Shown: positions 1 to 8,661 of the stretch, one piece after another | How positions within the stretch are numbered: position 1 is the first letter of the stretch | How the letters are laid out: every line of letters begins with the position of its first letter | From: Abditibacterium sp. | GTDB lineage: Bacteria > Armatimonadota > Abditibacteriia > Abditibacteriales > Abditibacteriaceae | Assembly: GCA_965246885.1 (NCBI GenBank) | Contig: OZ251992.1 | Location: 3,296,001 to 3,360,000 of the forward strand | Direction: 5' to 3' | Length of the DNA stretch: 64,000 nucleotides | Notes under the pieces: model-generated | What the model was told of the DNA's origin: nothing | The model's database searches: none | Seen by the model: the letters and a program-made list of their open reading frames with translations, nothing else | Program-made: the position numbers and the translations under genes

Positions 1-1297
1 CGGCGATGCCGTCGTTGATGGCTTCGACGAGAATTTCGACTTCGCGTCCGATGAAGCGCGCGGCGAATTGGGCCGAAAGTTCATCGGCGAGGGCGATTAA
101 TTCTCCGACGCGGCGGCGCTGGGTTTCGGATTGGACGTGGCCGCCTAATGCTTTGATGTGGTTGGCGGCGAAGGTGCCTTCGCGCGGGGAGTAAGGGAAG
201 ACGTGGATGGCGGAGAACCGCGCTTCGCGGCAGAGGGCGAGGGTTTCACCCCACTCGGCCTCGGTTTCGCCGGGGAAGCCGACGATGACATCGGTGGTCA
301 GGCCCGCGTCGGGCGCGATTTCGCGCCAACGTTTGGCCCAGTGCAAGAACAGTTCGGGTGTGTAGCGGCGGCGCATGCGGGCCAAGACGGACTTCGAGCC
401 GCTTTGCAGCGCGAGGTGAATGTGCGGGCAGATGTCGTTGGCCACGCACCGCAGCCACTCTTCGTCCACATCGGCGGGGTCGAGCGAACTGGTGCGAACC
501 CGCAACACTTCCGGGAGCGCGGCAACGGCGCGCAGCAGTTCGCCCAGCGCGGCGTTCTTCGAGCCGGAAACGCGGTTGCTTCCCATTGAAAAGTCGCCCA
601 TCGAAACGCCCGTGACCACGACTTCGCGCGCGCCTTCCAGTAGTAACTCGCGCGCTTCCTTTAATAGCCCGGCGTTGGTTTTAGTTGTCGAAGCGCCGCG
701 CACGCGCGGGATGATGCAATAGGAGCACTTGTGGTCGCAGCCATCTTGAATCTTGAGGACGGCGCGCACGTTCGAGGGCATCGGGACGGGTTCGCTGCCC
801 GTCTCCTGACGCAACGCAGCGTAATTCTGTGCCCAGTCCGCGCGCGCTTCGAGGCGCTCCAAGACGCGGCGCGGCAGGTCGAACTTCTCGAAATTGGACA
901 GCACCAAAGCGCCGGGGGCGGCGCGCTCAAACTGGGCGGCGTCCTTGGTGGCGGCGCAACCGGTGACGGCGACAATTCCATCGGGGTTGTTGCGCCGCGC
1001 GCGGCCCGCCGCTTTGCGCGACTTCTGGTCGGCGTGCGCCGTCACGGTGCAAGTGTCAATGACGTAAAGGTCAGCGCGCTCGCGGAACTCGACGCGCCGA
1101 AAGCCGCGTGCCGCCAGCATCCGCGCGATCTGGTGCGAATCCGCCGCGTTGACTTTGCAGCCGAGCGAATAAAGTGCGAACGTCGGGCGCGCACCTACGC
1201 CGCTCGCGGAAGTAGCGCCGCTTCTTTGCATACCTTCTGGCGCGCGGCGCGGGAAGTCGGTGGGCAGTTGTGGCAAAAGAGGGATGGGCTGCGACAT
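1..1297 (-). CDS. mtaB: tRNA methylthiotransferase MtaB (radical SAM), 3' end runs off the window
   Basis: Translated by hand from ATG 1297 (not in the ORF track because truncated): YSLGCKVN, DTCTVTAHADQKSRK, VTGC and KIQDGCDHKCSYCIIPRVRG (CxxxCxxC). Confidence 0.88.
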   Translation of the reverse strand, partial: MSQPIPLLPQLPTDFPRRAPEGMQRSGATSASGVGARPTFALYSLGCKVNAADSHQIARMLAARGFRRVEFRERADLYVIDTCTVTAHADQKSRKAAGRARRNNPDGIVAVTGCAATKDAAQFERAAPGALVLSNFEKFDLPRRVLERLEARADWAQNYAALRQETGSEPVPMPSNVRAVLKIQDGCDHKCSYCIIPRVRGASTTKTNAGLLKEARELLLEGAREVVVTGVSMGDFSMGSNRVSGSKNAALGELLRAVAALPEVLRVRTSSLDPADVDEEWLRCVANDICPHIHLALQSGSKSVLARMRRRYTPELFLHWAKRWREIAPDAGLTTDVIVGFPGETEAEWGETLALCREARFSAIHVFPYSPREGTFAANHIKALGGHVQSETQRRRVGELIALADELSAQFAARFIGREVEILVEAINDGIA

Positions 1298-1409
1298 GGG
1301 AAGGGAGGTTTGGCGTCTAAAGGTCAAAACCGTGATTAACGAGAACGGCGCAAAGTGTAGTGCGCCGCCCCTTTCCGGCCAGAGCCAAGGAGAACACCGG
1401 GCCACTGTT

Positions 1410-1709
1410 ATGATAATTATCGCTTTGTTTGGCGCCCTCGTGTTTTATGTGGCGCTCTACTGTTTGTGGGCCGCTTCCAGCGAGCATCTGGTCGGCATGC
1501 AAAGTTGGTTGCGCGTGCTCAACGACGCAGCGTTCATGCCGGGCAACACCGTGTTCGTCCTTTTGCGCGGGTTGATTATCATCACGGCGTTCTACGTTTT
1601 CGCCGACTTTCTGCGCGCCGCCGTCCGCAAACAAAAGCGACGCCGCGCCGAAGCCAAACGCGCCCGCGAGGAACCCTTCGCCCTCATCATTAAAGACATG
1701 GCGCCCTAA
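1410..1709 (+). CDS. small membrane protein (2 TM, basic C-tail), hypothetical
   Basis: ATG 1410, MIIIALFGALVFYVALYCLW..., two hydrophobic segments. Confidence 0.6.
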   Translation: MIIIALFGALVFYVALYCLWAASSEHLVGMQSWLRVLNDAAFMPGNTVFVLLRGLIIITAFYVFADFLRAAVRKQKRRRAEAKRAREEPFALIIKDMAP

Positions 1710-1859
1710 AGCGGGGTGATTAGCGTTATTTTGCACAGTGATGCGCCCCAAGCGGTGCCACTGGACACCGGAAGGCGTTAAGATATAAAGGCCTCGCGCG
1801 CCATCGCCGCCCTCATTCTCGCTGCGCGCTCCCAAATTTGTCCGTTGGTTCCAAACGCG

Positions 1860-2960
1860 ATGCGCTCGCCCGTCCTTTCTCGCTTCTTCGTTCGCACCTG
1901 CCTGTGCGGTGGTTTGCTTTTGTCGGTCGCGGCGTCGGCGCGCGCCGACGCGTTTTCTCCCGTTCCCGCCGGAGACCCCATCTACCGGCAACTAAGCGCC
2001 CTCGCTTTGCCGCGCGCAGGCAAAACCGCTCCGCCTTCGGCGAACCTGACACGCTACGAAGCCGCCCTTGAAGTGGCGCGGGGGGCGGCCATCGCCGGGG
2101 CCAATCCCGACGCCCTGAGCCGCACCGGTTGGCGCGCACTGCGCGAACTTACACTCGCCCTCCACTCTGAACTGCGGCAATTGGGCGTGGACACCGTCGA
2201 CGTACTCAAGCAATGCGACGCCCATAGCGACGCCACTTCGCCGTCCACACTGCCCCACCCTCTTCGCGGCGGAGTTTCTAAGCTCAGCGCCAACTTCGCG
2301 CCGGGAGCAACCTCGTTTTTGACGGGCACGACCTCGCCCGTCACGCGCGGCTTGCTCGGAAGCAGTTTGCAAGCCTCCCTTCCGGGCCGCGCGCGCGTCG
2401 AAGCCGCGCTCCTTGCGTTGAAACGCGATTCGCAAGACCCCTTCACATCGGACGCAAGCGGTCTGCGCTCCACTCCCACGCTCTTCGCAGGCAAGAACGC
2501 TTCCGTTTCGCTCGATGTCAACTCGTGGTTGCGCGTGCGCGCCCTCGCCTCGCAACGCCGATTGGGGTTGCCGGGCGACGACACCCCGCCCGCTTTGGGC
2601 GCTCCTTTGTTTTCCGGCGCGCGCGAAGCCAAGGGCATCGGCGGCGGACTGGAAGTGTCACCCATAGACGGCGTAAAGTTCTCGACGGAAATCGAGCGCT
2701 TATCCACCAACTTGGGAACGGCTGGCACACGCGTGGGCGGGGGCATCGGCTTGTCGGCGTGGCAAAACCGCCTCACCTTGTCGGCGCACATGTCGCGTCT
2801 GCAGCCCGAAGACCGCGCCGTCTTGCCCGCCACCGCCACCGAACTGGGCGTGGGGTTGGGCGTCACGCAGCGCTTGAGCCTCAACCTGCTGTATCAAGGG
2901 TTGTTCTCGTCGCAGTCGGAATCCTCGCGGCTGGCGGGCGGCTTGAACTTTAGTTTCTAA
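1860..2960 (+). CDS. secreted protein with SLH-like N-domain and C-terminal beta-barrel (OmpM/SLH-porin-like)
   Basis: Signal peptide ending ASARA; FSPVPAGDPIYRQLSAL...LTRYEAA resembles SLH domains; amphipathic beta strands ending GGLNFSF (terminal Phe). Confidence 0.6.
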   Translation: MRSPVLSRFFVRTCLCGGLLLSVAASARADAFSPVPAGDPIYRQLSALALPRAGKTAPPSANLTRYEAALEVARGAAIAGANPDALSRTGWRALRELTLALHSELRQLGVDTVDVLKQCDAHSDATSPSTLPHPLRGGVSKLSANFAPGATSFLTGTTSPVTRGLLGSSLQASLPGRARVEAALLALKRDSQDPFTSDASGLRSTPTLFAGKNASVSLDVNSWLRVRALASQRRLGLPGDDTPPALGAPLFSGAREAKGIGGGLEVSPIDGVKFSTEIERLSTNLGTAGTRVGGGIGLSAWQNRLTLSAHMSRLQPEDRAVLPATATELGVGLGVTQRLSLNLLYQGLFSSQSESSRLAGGLNFSF

Positions 2961-3037
2961 GCGGTGTCACTCCTTCGCACAGCGGACTCTTAAACTGGGC
3001 GGCGCACCCCGCGTTGGTTCCTTGGGGGCGCTTCACC

Positions 3038-4699
3038 GTGAAATCGTCGCCCTTTTCGCCGCCCCACTCATTGCCGCTTTGTGTTGCGCTCGGTCTGTTC
3101 GCTGGGTTATCTACTCCCGCGCGCGCTCAAACGGGCGTGTCGCCCGAAGCCCAACCCGCGCGCGACGAAGCGCGCACTGCGCCGTCTGGGTCTGCGCTTC
3201 CAGCGCCCACGCCAACGGCCACTCCCGACTCCGCTCCCCAAAGCACCAGCGCCGGGTCGCAACTCAGCGCGGCGCGCGTGGCCTATGAAGGCGGTACCAT
3301 CATCGCGCAGGGCGACGCGACGCACCCCGTCCTGTTCACTTCCAGCTTGGGTCGCTTGCAAGCGAGCGAAGTGCGACTGGACACCATCGCCCAAACGCTC
3401 AACGCGACCGGCGAAGTGCGGCTGGATCGCGACATCACGACCTCGCGCCTCGCGCTACGCCCGCGCTCCCTGCCCAAACTCTTCGAAGCGGGCCGCATGA
3501 CTGAAACGGCAACCGGGCAGAACCTGACGTTCAACTTCAAGACCCAGACCGGCGCACTCGACCGAGGCAGCTTGCGCACCGACCAGGCCGATTTCCGCGC
3601 TGACCGCCTCGAAATCAACGGCCTTCAATACACCGCCCGCCGCGCCGTCCTGCGACCGGGCGGTTTGAGCGACGAAGAACTGCACATTTATGGCACGCCG
3701 CCGCTTTCGGTTCGCGCGCGCGAAATTCGCATCCGCCGTAACCAAGGTCGCCGGGGGATGTCCGTCAGCGCGCGCGGCGCGGGGCTGTACGTCGGCTCGA
3801 CACTCCTTTTGCCGCTTCCCTCGACCGCGTTTCGCATCGGCGGCGGTGGGCAACAATCCGACTTCAACATCACTCCGCGCGCCGCCTACAACTCGGTGGA
3901 CGGACTGCTCGTCACCACCCGCATCGGCGTGCCCCTCACGAGCGACCCGCGCGACCTGACCCTGCTCACCGACATCGGTCTCTCCCAACATGTCGGTTTT
4001 CGCGGCGGCGTTTCGCTCCTGACCACGCAAAGCGAGGGGGACGTGCGCTTGGCGTTCAAAAGCCGCGACGTGGTGCAAACGCAACTGACCAGTTCCCTCG
4101 AGCTTGACCGCAAACCGGAACTCATTTATCAGTCTCCCGCTTTCGCCACCTTTGCGTTGGGAGGGGGCAAACGGGTGGCGCGCGCCGGGTTTTCCGTTGA
4201 CGCCGGATATGGGCGTTTCACTGAGCGCGAGCGCGTCAGCACCGGCCTACCGGCCATTTCAAGTGACCGCACCCAAGCGCGCCTCGTCTTCTCGACCCGC
4301 CTGACCCCGCAACCCGGCCCGTTCTTGCGCGCTTTTACCGCGACTTCGCACTACTCGCAGACCCACCGCCACTACGACACGAGCGGCGTAGAGTTCGGCT
4401 ACGGGGGCCGCGTGTTTCGGCGACTCAGCGGCGAAATCTCATTGCGCCTCACCCGCGTCAGTGGTCAAACCCCATTCCGCTTTGACCTCATCGAAATCCC
4501 GCGCGAACTGCGCACCACCTTCGACGTTGAACTTACGCCCCGCTATTTGCTGCCCTTTGACATCCGCTACGACCTGAACCAATCCAAAATCCGCGACGCC
4601 ACCTTCGGCCTCCTGCGCTCGTACAAAGTTTTCGCATACGGCGTCGAATATCAGACCGCGCGGCGCGACTTGCGCTTGGAAATTCGCGCCGGTTTTTGA
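3038..4699 (+). CDS. outer-membrane beta-barrel protein, LptD/OstA-like
   Basis: Signal peptide (TPARA), OstA-like beta-jellyroll N-part, beta-strand-rich C-part ending LEIRAGF; start uncertain (GTG 3038). Confidence 0.5.
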   Translation: MKSSPFSPPHSLPLCVALGLFAGLSTPARAQTGVSPEAQPARDEARTAPSGSALPAPTPTATPDSAPQSTSAGSQLSAARVAYEGGTIIAQGDATHPVLFTSSLGRLQASEVRLDTIAQTLNATGEVRLDRDITTSRLALRPRSLPKLFEAGRMTETATGQNLTFNFKTQTGALDRGSLRTDQADFRADRLEINGLQYTARRAVLRPGGLSDEELHIYGTPPLSVRAREIRIRRNQGRRGMSVSARGAGLYVGSTLLLPLPSTAFRIGGGGQQSDFNITPRAAYNSVDGLLVTTRIGVPLTSDPRDLTLLTDIGLSQHVGFRGGVSLLTTQSEGDVRLAFKSRDVVQTQLTSSLELDRKPELIYQSPAFATFALGGGKRVARAGFSVDAGYGRFTERERVSTGLPAISSDRTQARLVFSTRLTPQPGPFLRAFTATSHYSQTHRHYDTSGVEFGYGGRVFRRLSGEISLRLTRVSGQTPFRFDLIEIPRELRTTFDVELTPRYLLPFDIRYDLNQSKIRDATFGLLRSYKVFAYGVEYQTARRDLRLEIRAGF

Positions 4700-4717
4700 C
4701 CGGCGGACGTCCGCCAT

Positions 4718-4862
4718 GCGATGACAGACGTTTCTCGCTCATCCGCCGCCGTCTGGGAAGCAATGGCAAACGTTTCTCGCTCCTCCGCCGTCGTCTGGGA
4801 AGCGATGACAGAGGTCTGTCGGTGAAAGACAGACCTCTGTCATCGCTTCCCAGACGACGGCG
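4718..4862. repeat. two 42-nt direct repeats running into a perfect 35-bp inverted repeat; likely bidirectional terminator
   Basis: Arms 4786-4820 and 4828-4862 are exact reverse complements, loop GGTGAAA; lies between convergent genes. Confidence 0.85.
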
Positions 4863-4879
4863 AGTCAAAGAGAGACGCC

Positions 4880-6313
4880 TTAGACGACTTTGCCGCTTAG
4901 ATCGTAAGCGTTGCAGCCGGAAATCCGCACGCGGGCGAAGGAGCCGGGTGGGAAACCCTTGCGTTCGCGCGGGGACATTTTGACCCACACGTTGCCATCT
5001 ACGTCGGGCGCATCGCTCATGGCGCGGCCCACCATGCCGCCGGGTTCTTCGGTTTCCAACAGCACGTCGAGCGTGCGGCCAATGAAGGTGCGGTTCTTTT
5101 GCAAGGAGACTTTCTGCTGGAGTTCTTGCAACTCGTGGTAACGCGCTTCGATGGTGTCTTGCTCGACTTTTAAGTCGAGGCCGAAAGAAAGGGAGGTGCC
5201 CTCGTCGGAGTATTTGAAGACGCCGATACGGTCGAACTTTTGCTGACGCACGAAGTCGCGCAGTTCCCCAAAGTGCTCTGCCGTTTCGCCGGGAAAGCCG
5301 ACGATGAAGCTGGTGCGGATGCCAATCTCTGGCGCGAGGGCGCGGAATTTGTCGAGCAAGCGCGCGTAGGATTCGGCGTTGCCGCCGCGCCGCATCCGCT
5401 TCAAAACGCCCTGCGCGGCGTGTTGAAGCGGGATGTCGAGGTAGCGCGCCACGCGTGGAGAAGTGCACAGCGCTTCGATGAACTCGTCGTTGACCTGCGA
5501 CGGGTAAGCGTACAAGACGCGAATCCACGTGAGTTCTTCGATGGCGGACAACTCTTTCAGAAGGCGTCCAAGCGACATCTGGCCGTAGAGGTCGAAACCG
5601 TAGCGCGTGGAGTCCTGCGCAACGAGCACGACTTCTTTGGCGCCCTGCTCGGCCAAGCGGCGTGCTTCGAGGACGATGGATTCGATGGGGCGCGAGCGGA
5701 ACGGGCCGCGCAGTTGGGGGATGATGCAAAACGAGCAGGTGTGGTCGCAGCCCTCGGCGATTTTGATGTACGCCGTCCAAGGCGGCGTGGCTCGCACGCG
5801 GGGGGTAGTGTGGTCGTAAACGAAAGTGTGCGCCCTCGTGGGCGTGACGCTCAGTTGAATCAACCCATCGCCACCAAAAGCGGGGGGAACGAAGCCCGCC
5901 GCTTTGGGGGCGAATGCCCTGTCCATCGCGCCGACGATGGCGGGGAAGTCGCTCGTGCCCAGAATGGCGTCCACTTCGGGCACGCGCATCTTGATGAGTT
6001 GCGCGTCGCGTTGGGGCAAGCAGCCCGTTGCAACGACAGCTTTGACGCGCCCGGTTTTCTTGCGCGCGGCGACCTCAGAGAGTGTTTGTAGGCTTTCTTC
6101 GACGGCGGCGCCCAAAAAGCCGCAGGTGTTGACGATGATGGCGTCGGCCTGCTCGACATCGCCCGTGATGGCATAGCCTGCGCCTTGCAACAGGCCGAGC
6201 ATAACCTCGGAATCCACTAAATTTTTGGTGCAACCGAGGGAGATGAGTCCAACGGTGCGCCCATTGGAAGGGCGCGCCAGTGGGGGAGCGGCGGAAAAGG
6301 TATCAACGGACAT
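4880..6313 (-). CDS. rimO: ribosomal protein S12 methylthiotransferase RimO
   Basis: SLGCTKNLVDSE, NTCGF, KIAEGCDHTCSFCIIP, C-terminal TRAM domain with APDVDG. Confidence 0.93.
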   Translation of the reverse strand: MSVDTFSAAPPLARPSNGRTVGLISLGCTKNLVDSEVMLGLLQGAGYAITGDVEQADAIIVNTCGFLGAAVEESLQTLSEVAARKKTGRVKAVVATGCLPQRDAQLIKMRVPEVDAILGTSDFPAIVGAMDRAFAPKAAGFVPPAFGGDGLIQLSVTPTRAHTFVYDHTTPRVRATPPWTAYIKIAEGCDHTCSFCIIPQLRGPFRSRPIESIVLEARRLAEQGAKEVVLVAQDSTRYGFDLYGQMSLGRLLKELSAIEELTWIRVLYAYPSQVNDEFIEALCTSPRVARYLDIPLQHAAQGVLKRMRRGGNAESYARLLDKFRALAPEIGIRTSFIVGFPGETAEHFGELRDFVRQQKFDRIGVFKYSDEGTSLSFGLDLKVEQDTIEARYHELQELQQKVSLQKNRTFIGRTLDVLLETEEPGGMVGRAMSDAPDVDGNVWVKMSPRERKGFPPGSFARVRISGCNAYDLSGKVV

Positions 6314-6456
6314 TAGCAAAAAGAGCGCGCCAAGCGATGCGAGCGCACAACGGACGAATGGGCGCGCTCCCCGCTTCCCCTTTTCGATGCGAGCGCCTCA
6401 ACAGAAACTCAAACTTATCATTCCAACTCATTTTTCCTTGGAGTCCATTGAGACAG

Positions 6457-6472
6457 TGGCCAATTTTTTGCT
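6457..6472 (+). promoter_or_regulatory. candidate sigma-54 (-24/-12) promoter for the Flp pilin
   Basis: TGGCCA-ATTTT-TTGCT; GG(6458-59)-N10-GC(6470-71), about 70 nt upstream of the pilin ATG in an AT-rich intergenic region. Confidence 0.45.
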
Positions 6473-6542
6473 TTCTTGCGCCGCGCGCGACACTCGTCAC
6501 ACCGACACCCTGACACCGTCGCAGCCCCCAAAGAGAACCTTT

Positions 6543-6707
6543 ATGATTTACCAATTTTACTCCGACGAAGACGGCCAAACGCTCGTTGAATATGGACTGC
6601 TGATTTCCCTCATCGCTCTTGTCGTCATTGGCGTGCTGTCGCTGCTGGGCAAGAAGATGAAGAACACCTTCAACACGTCCGCCAATGCCATGAACACCAC
6701 GACCTAA
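6543..6707 (+). CDS. flp: Flp family type IVb/Tad pilin
   Basis: MIYQFYSDEDG|QTLVEYGLLISLIALVVIG: G-x4-EY prepilin motif plus hydrophobic helix, 54 aa. Confidence 0.92.
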   Translation: MIYQFYSDEDGQTLVEYGLLISLIALVVIGVLSLLGKKMKNTFNTSANAMNTTT

Positions 6708-6730
6708 GCGGGGTCGCCAAACTTGGACGT

Positions 6731-7930
6731 GTGAATCTCGATTCTCCGTCTGTCGAAGCCGCGCTCGCCGTCCTTGAGCGCGGCGCCGACACCATCATCT
6801 CGCGCGAGGAACTCCGCACCAAGTTAGACAAATCCGCCAAGACCGGCAAGCCGCTTCGCGTCAAGTTGGGCATAGACCCGACTGCGCCCGATATTCATCT
6901 GGGCTTTGCCGTCGTGCTTCGCAAACTGCGCGCCTTTCAAGACTTGGGGCACGAAGCGCATCTGATCATCGGCGACTTCACCGCCCAAATCGGCGACCCC
7001 TCCGGCAAGTCGAAGACCCGTCCGCCCCTCTCCTTCGAGGAAGTGCGCCGCAACGCCCAAACCTATCAAGAGCAGTTATACCAAGTTCTGGACGAGGCCA
7101 AGACCGTTCTGCATTTCAACGGCGACTGGCTCGGACACATGAACTTCGCCGATGTCATCCGCTTGGCGTCCAAGCGCACCGTCGCGCAAACTCTCGAACG
7201 CGAAGACTTCGCGCGGCGCTTGGAAGAAGGCAAGCCGATTGGCCTCAACGAGATTCTGTATCCTTTGTGCCAAGGCCAAGACAGCGTGCAAATCCGCGCC
7301 GACGTGGAATTGGGCGGCACCGACCAGCGCTTCAACAACCTCGTCGGGCGCGAACTCCAACGCGAGAACGGACTGGAGCCGCAAGTCGTGCTTCTGATGC
7401 CTATCTTGGTGGGTTTGGACGGCACCCAAAAGATGTCCAAGTCGCTGGGCAACTACGTGGGCATTTCCGACGCGCCCAATGACCAATTCGGCAAGCTGCT
7501 GAGCCTGCCCGACGAGGCGATGCGCACCTACTACACGCTGTGCACCCTTGTGCCAATGGAGGAAGTGGATACGATTCTGGCGGGGCATCCGATGGACGCC
7601 AAGAAGCGTTTGGCGCGCGAGATAGTGACGATCTATCACGGAGAGAAGGCGGCGCGCGCCGCGCAAACGGCGTTCGAGCGCACCACGCAGAACGACGAAA
7701 TCCCTGATGATATTCCGGTCGTTCCTTTTGCGGCGGGGGAGACGAGCGTGGTGGAGTTGGTCAAGACGTGCTTTACCTTGTCCGGCAAAGAAGCGCGCCG
7801 CCGCGTCGGGCAGGGCGCGGTTTCGGTTGACGGCGAAAAGGTGGACGATGAAGGCGCGACGATCACGGTCAAGGCGGGCATGGTCGTCAAAGCGGGCAAG
7901 CGCGTGTGGGCGCGGATAGAGGTGGTTTGA
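6731..7930 (+). CDS. tyrS: tyrosine--tRNA ligase
   Basis: GIDPTAPDIHLGF (HIGH), ELGGTDQRFN, KMSKS, C-terminal S4 domain. Confidence 0.96.
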   Translation: MNLDSPSVEAALAVLERGADTIISREELRTKLDKSAKTGKPLRVKLGIDPTAPDIHLGFAVVLRKLRAFQDLGHEAHLIIGDFTAQIGDPSGKSKTRPPLSFEEVRRNAQTYQEQLYQVLDEAKTVLHFNGDWLGHMNFADVIRLASKRTVAQTLEREDFARRLEEGKPIGLNEILYPLCQGQDSVQIRADVELGGTDQRFNNLVGRELQRENGLEPQVVLLMPILVGLDGTQKMSKSLGNYVGISDAPNDQFGKLLSLPDEAMRTYYTLCTLVPMEEVDTILAGHPMDAKKRLAREIVTIYHGEKAARAAQTAFERTTQNDEIPDDIPVVPFAAGETSVVELVKTCFTLSGKEARRRVGQGAVSVDGEKVDDEGATITVKAGMVVKAGKRVWARIEVV

Positions 7931-8554
7931 GTGACGCCTTTTAAAGCGCAAATCCTCGCGCGTCTGGGCCGCTACTTCGAGCAGGAAGCCGAAGTCCGTC
8001 CCGTGTCGGACGAGTTGGAGTTCGCCTTGGTGCGCGGGAACGAGGCGCGCCCGTTCAACGCGGTGTGGACGCTGGGCGTCAGCGCGCAGGAGATGGAGGG
8101 CGTGCCCGACCCGGACTGGCGCTTCGCGGAGTTGGTGATGATGCTGCCGCTCGATTGGCCCCTCGAAAGGACGCCGGACAACTGGCCACTGATGTGGCTG
8201 GAGCGGTTGGCGATGTTTCCGCGCCGCCAAGGGGCGTGGCTGGGGCTGGCGCACACTCTCCCCAACGGCGAACCGGCGCAGCCGTTCTTTCCAACGACGC
8301 AGTTCGCGGCGTGGCTGCTGATTCCGCCGGTCGAGTTTCCCAAGCAGCTCGTCCGCTTCCGTTTGGAAGGCGGGGAAGTCCTGAACTTTTGGACGCCCAT
8401 CCCCATCTTCGCCGACGAGTTAGCGCTCAAGACCAACAAGGGAGCCGCCGAACTGCTGAACAAGTTCGGGCGCGCGGGCGTAGGCGATATCTTCGACCCC
8501 GACCGCCTTTCCATTTACAAGCGCCGGACGAACATTTTCGGGAAATACGTGTAA
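7931..8554 (+). CDS. suppressor-of-fused (SUFU) domain protein
   Basis: WTLGVS..M, FAELVMMLPLDWP, WLGLAHTLPNG, PIFADELALK...GAAELL pattern typical of bacterial SUFU. Confidence 0.75.
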   Translation: MTPFKAQILARLGRYFEQEAEVRPVSDELEFALVRGNEARPFNAVWTLGVSAQEMEGVPDPDWRFAELVMMLPLDWPLERTPDNWPLMWLERLAMFPRRQGAWLGLAHTLPNGEPAQPFFPTTQFAAWLLIPPVEFPKQLVRFRLEGGEVLNFWTPIPIFADELALKTNKGAAELLNKFGRAGVGDIFDPDRLSIYKRRTNIFGKYV

Positions 8555-8661
8555 TGCCCATTTCAGCGACGGTAGCACTGGCGACGCGGAACAGGGCCAC
8601 TGTGTACGCTGAAGAACCCTCGCATCAACTGTTAAGAGTGACAAGTTAAACTAAGGATGAC

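Noticed and set aside
6320..6542. c-di-GMP riboswitch upstream of flp
   Set aside because: No GGCAAAC..GAAA..GACGCAAAG pattern; only a sigma-54-like element was found.
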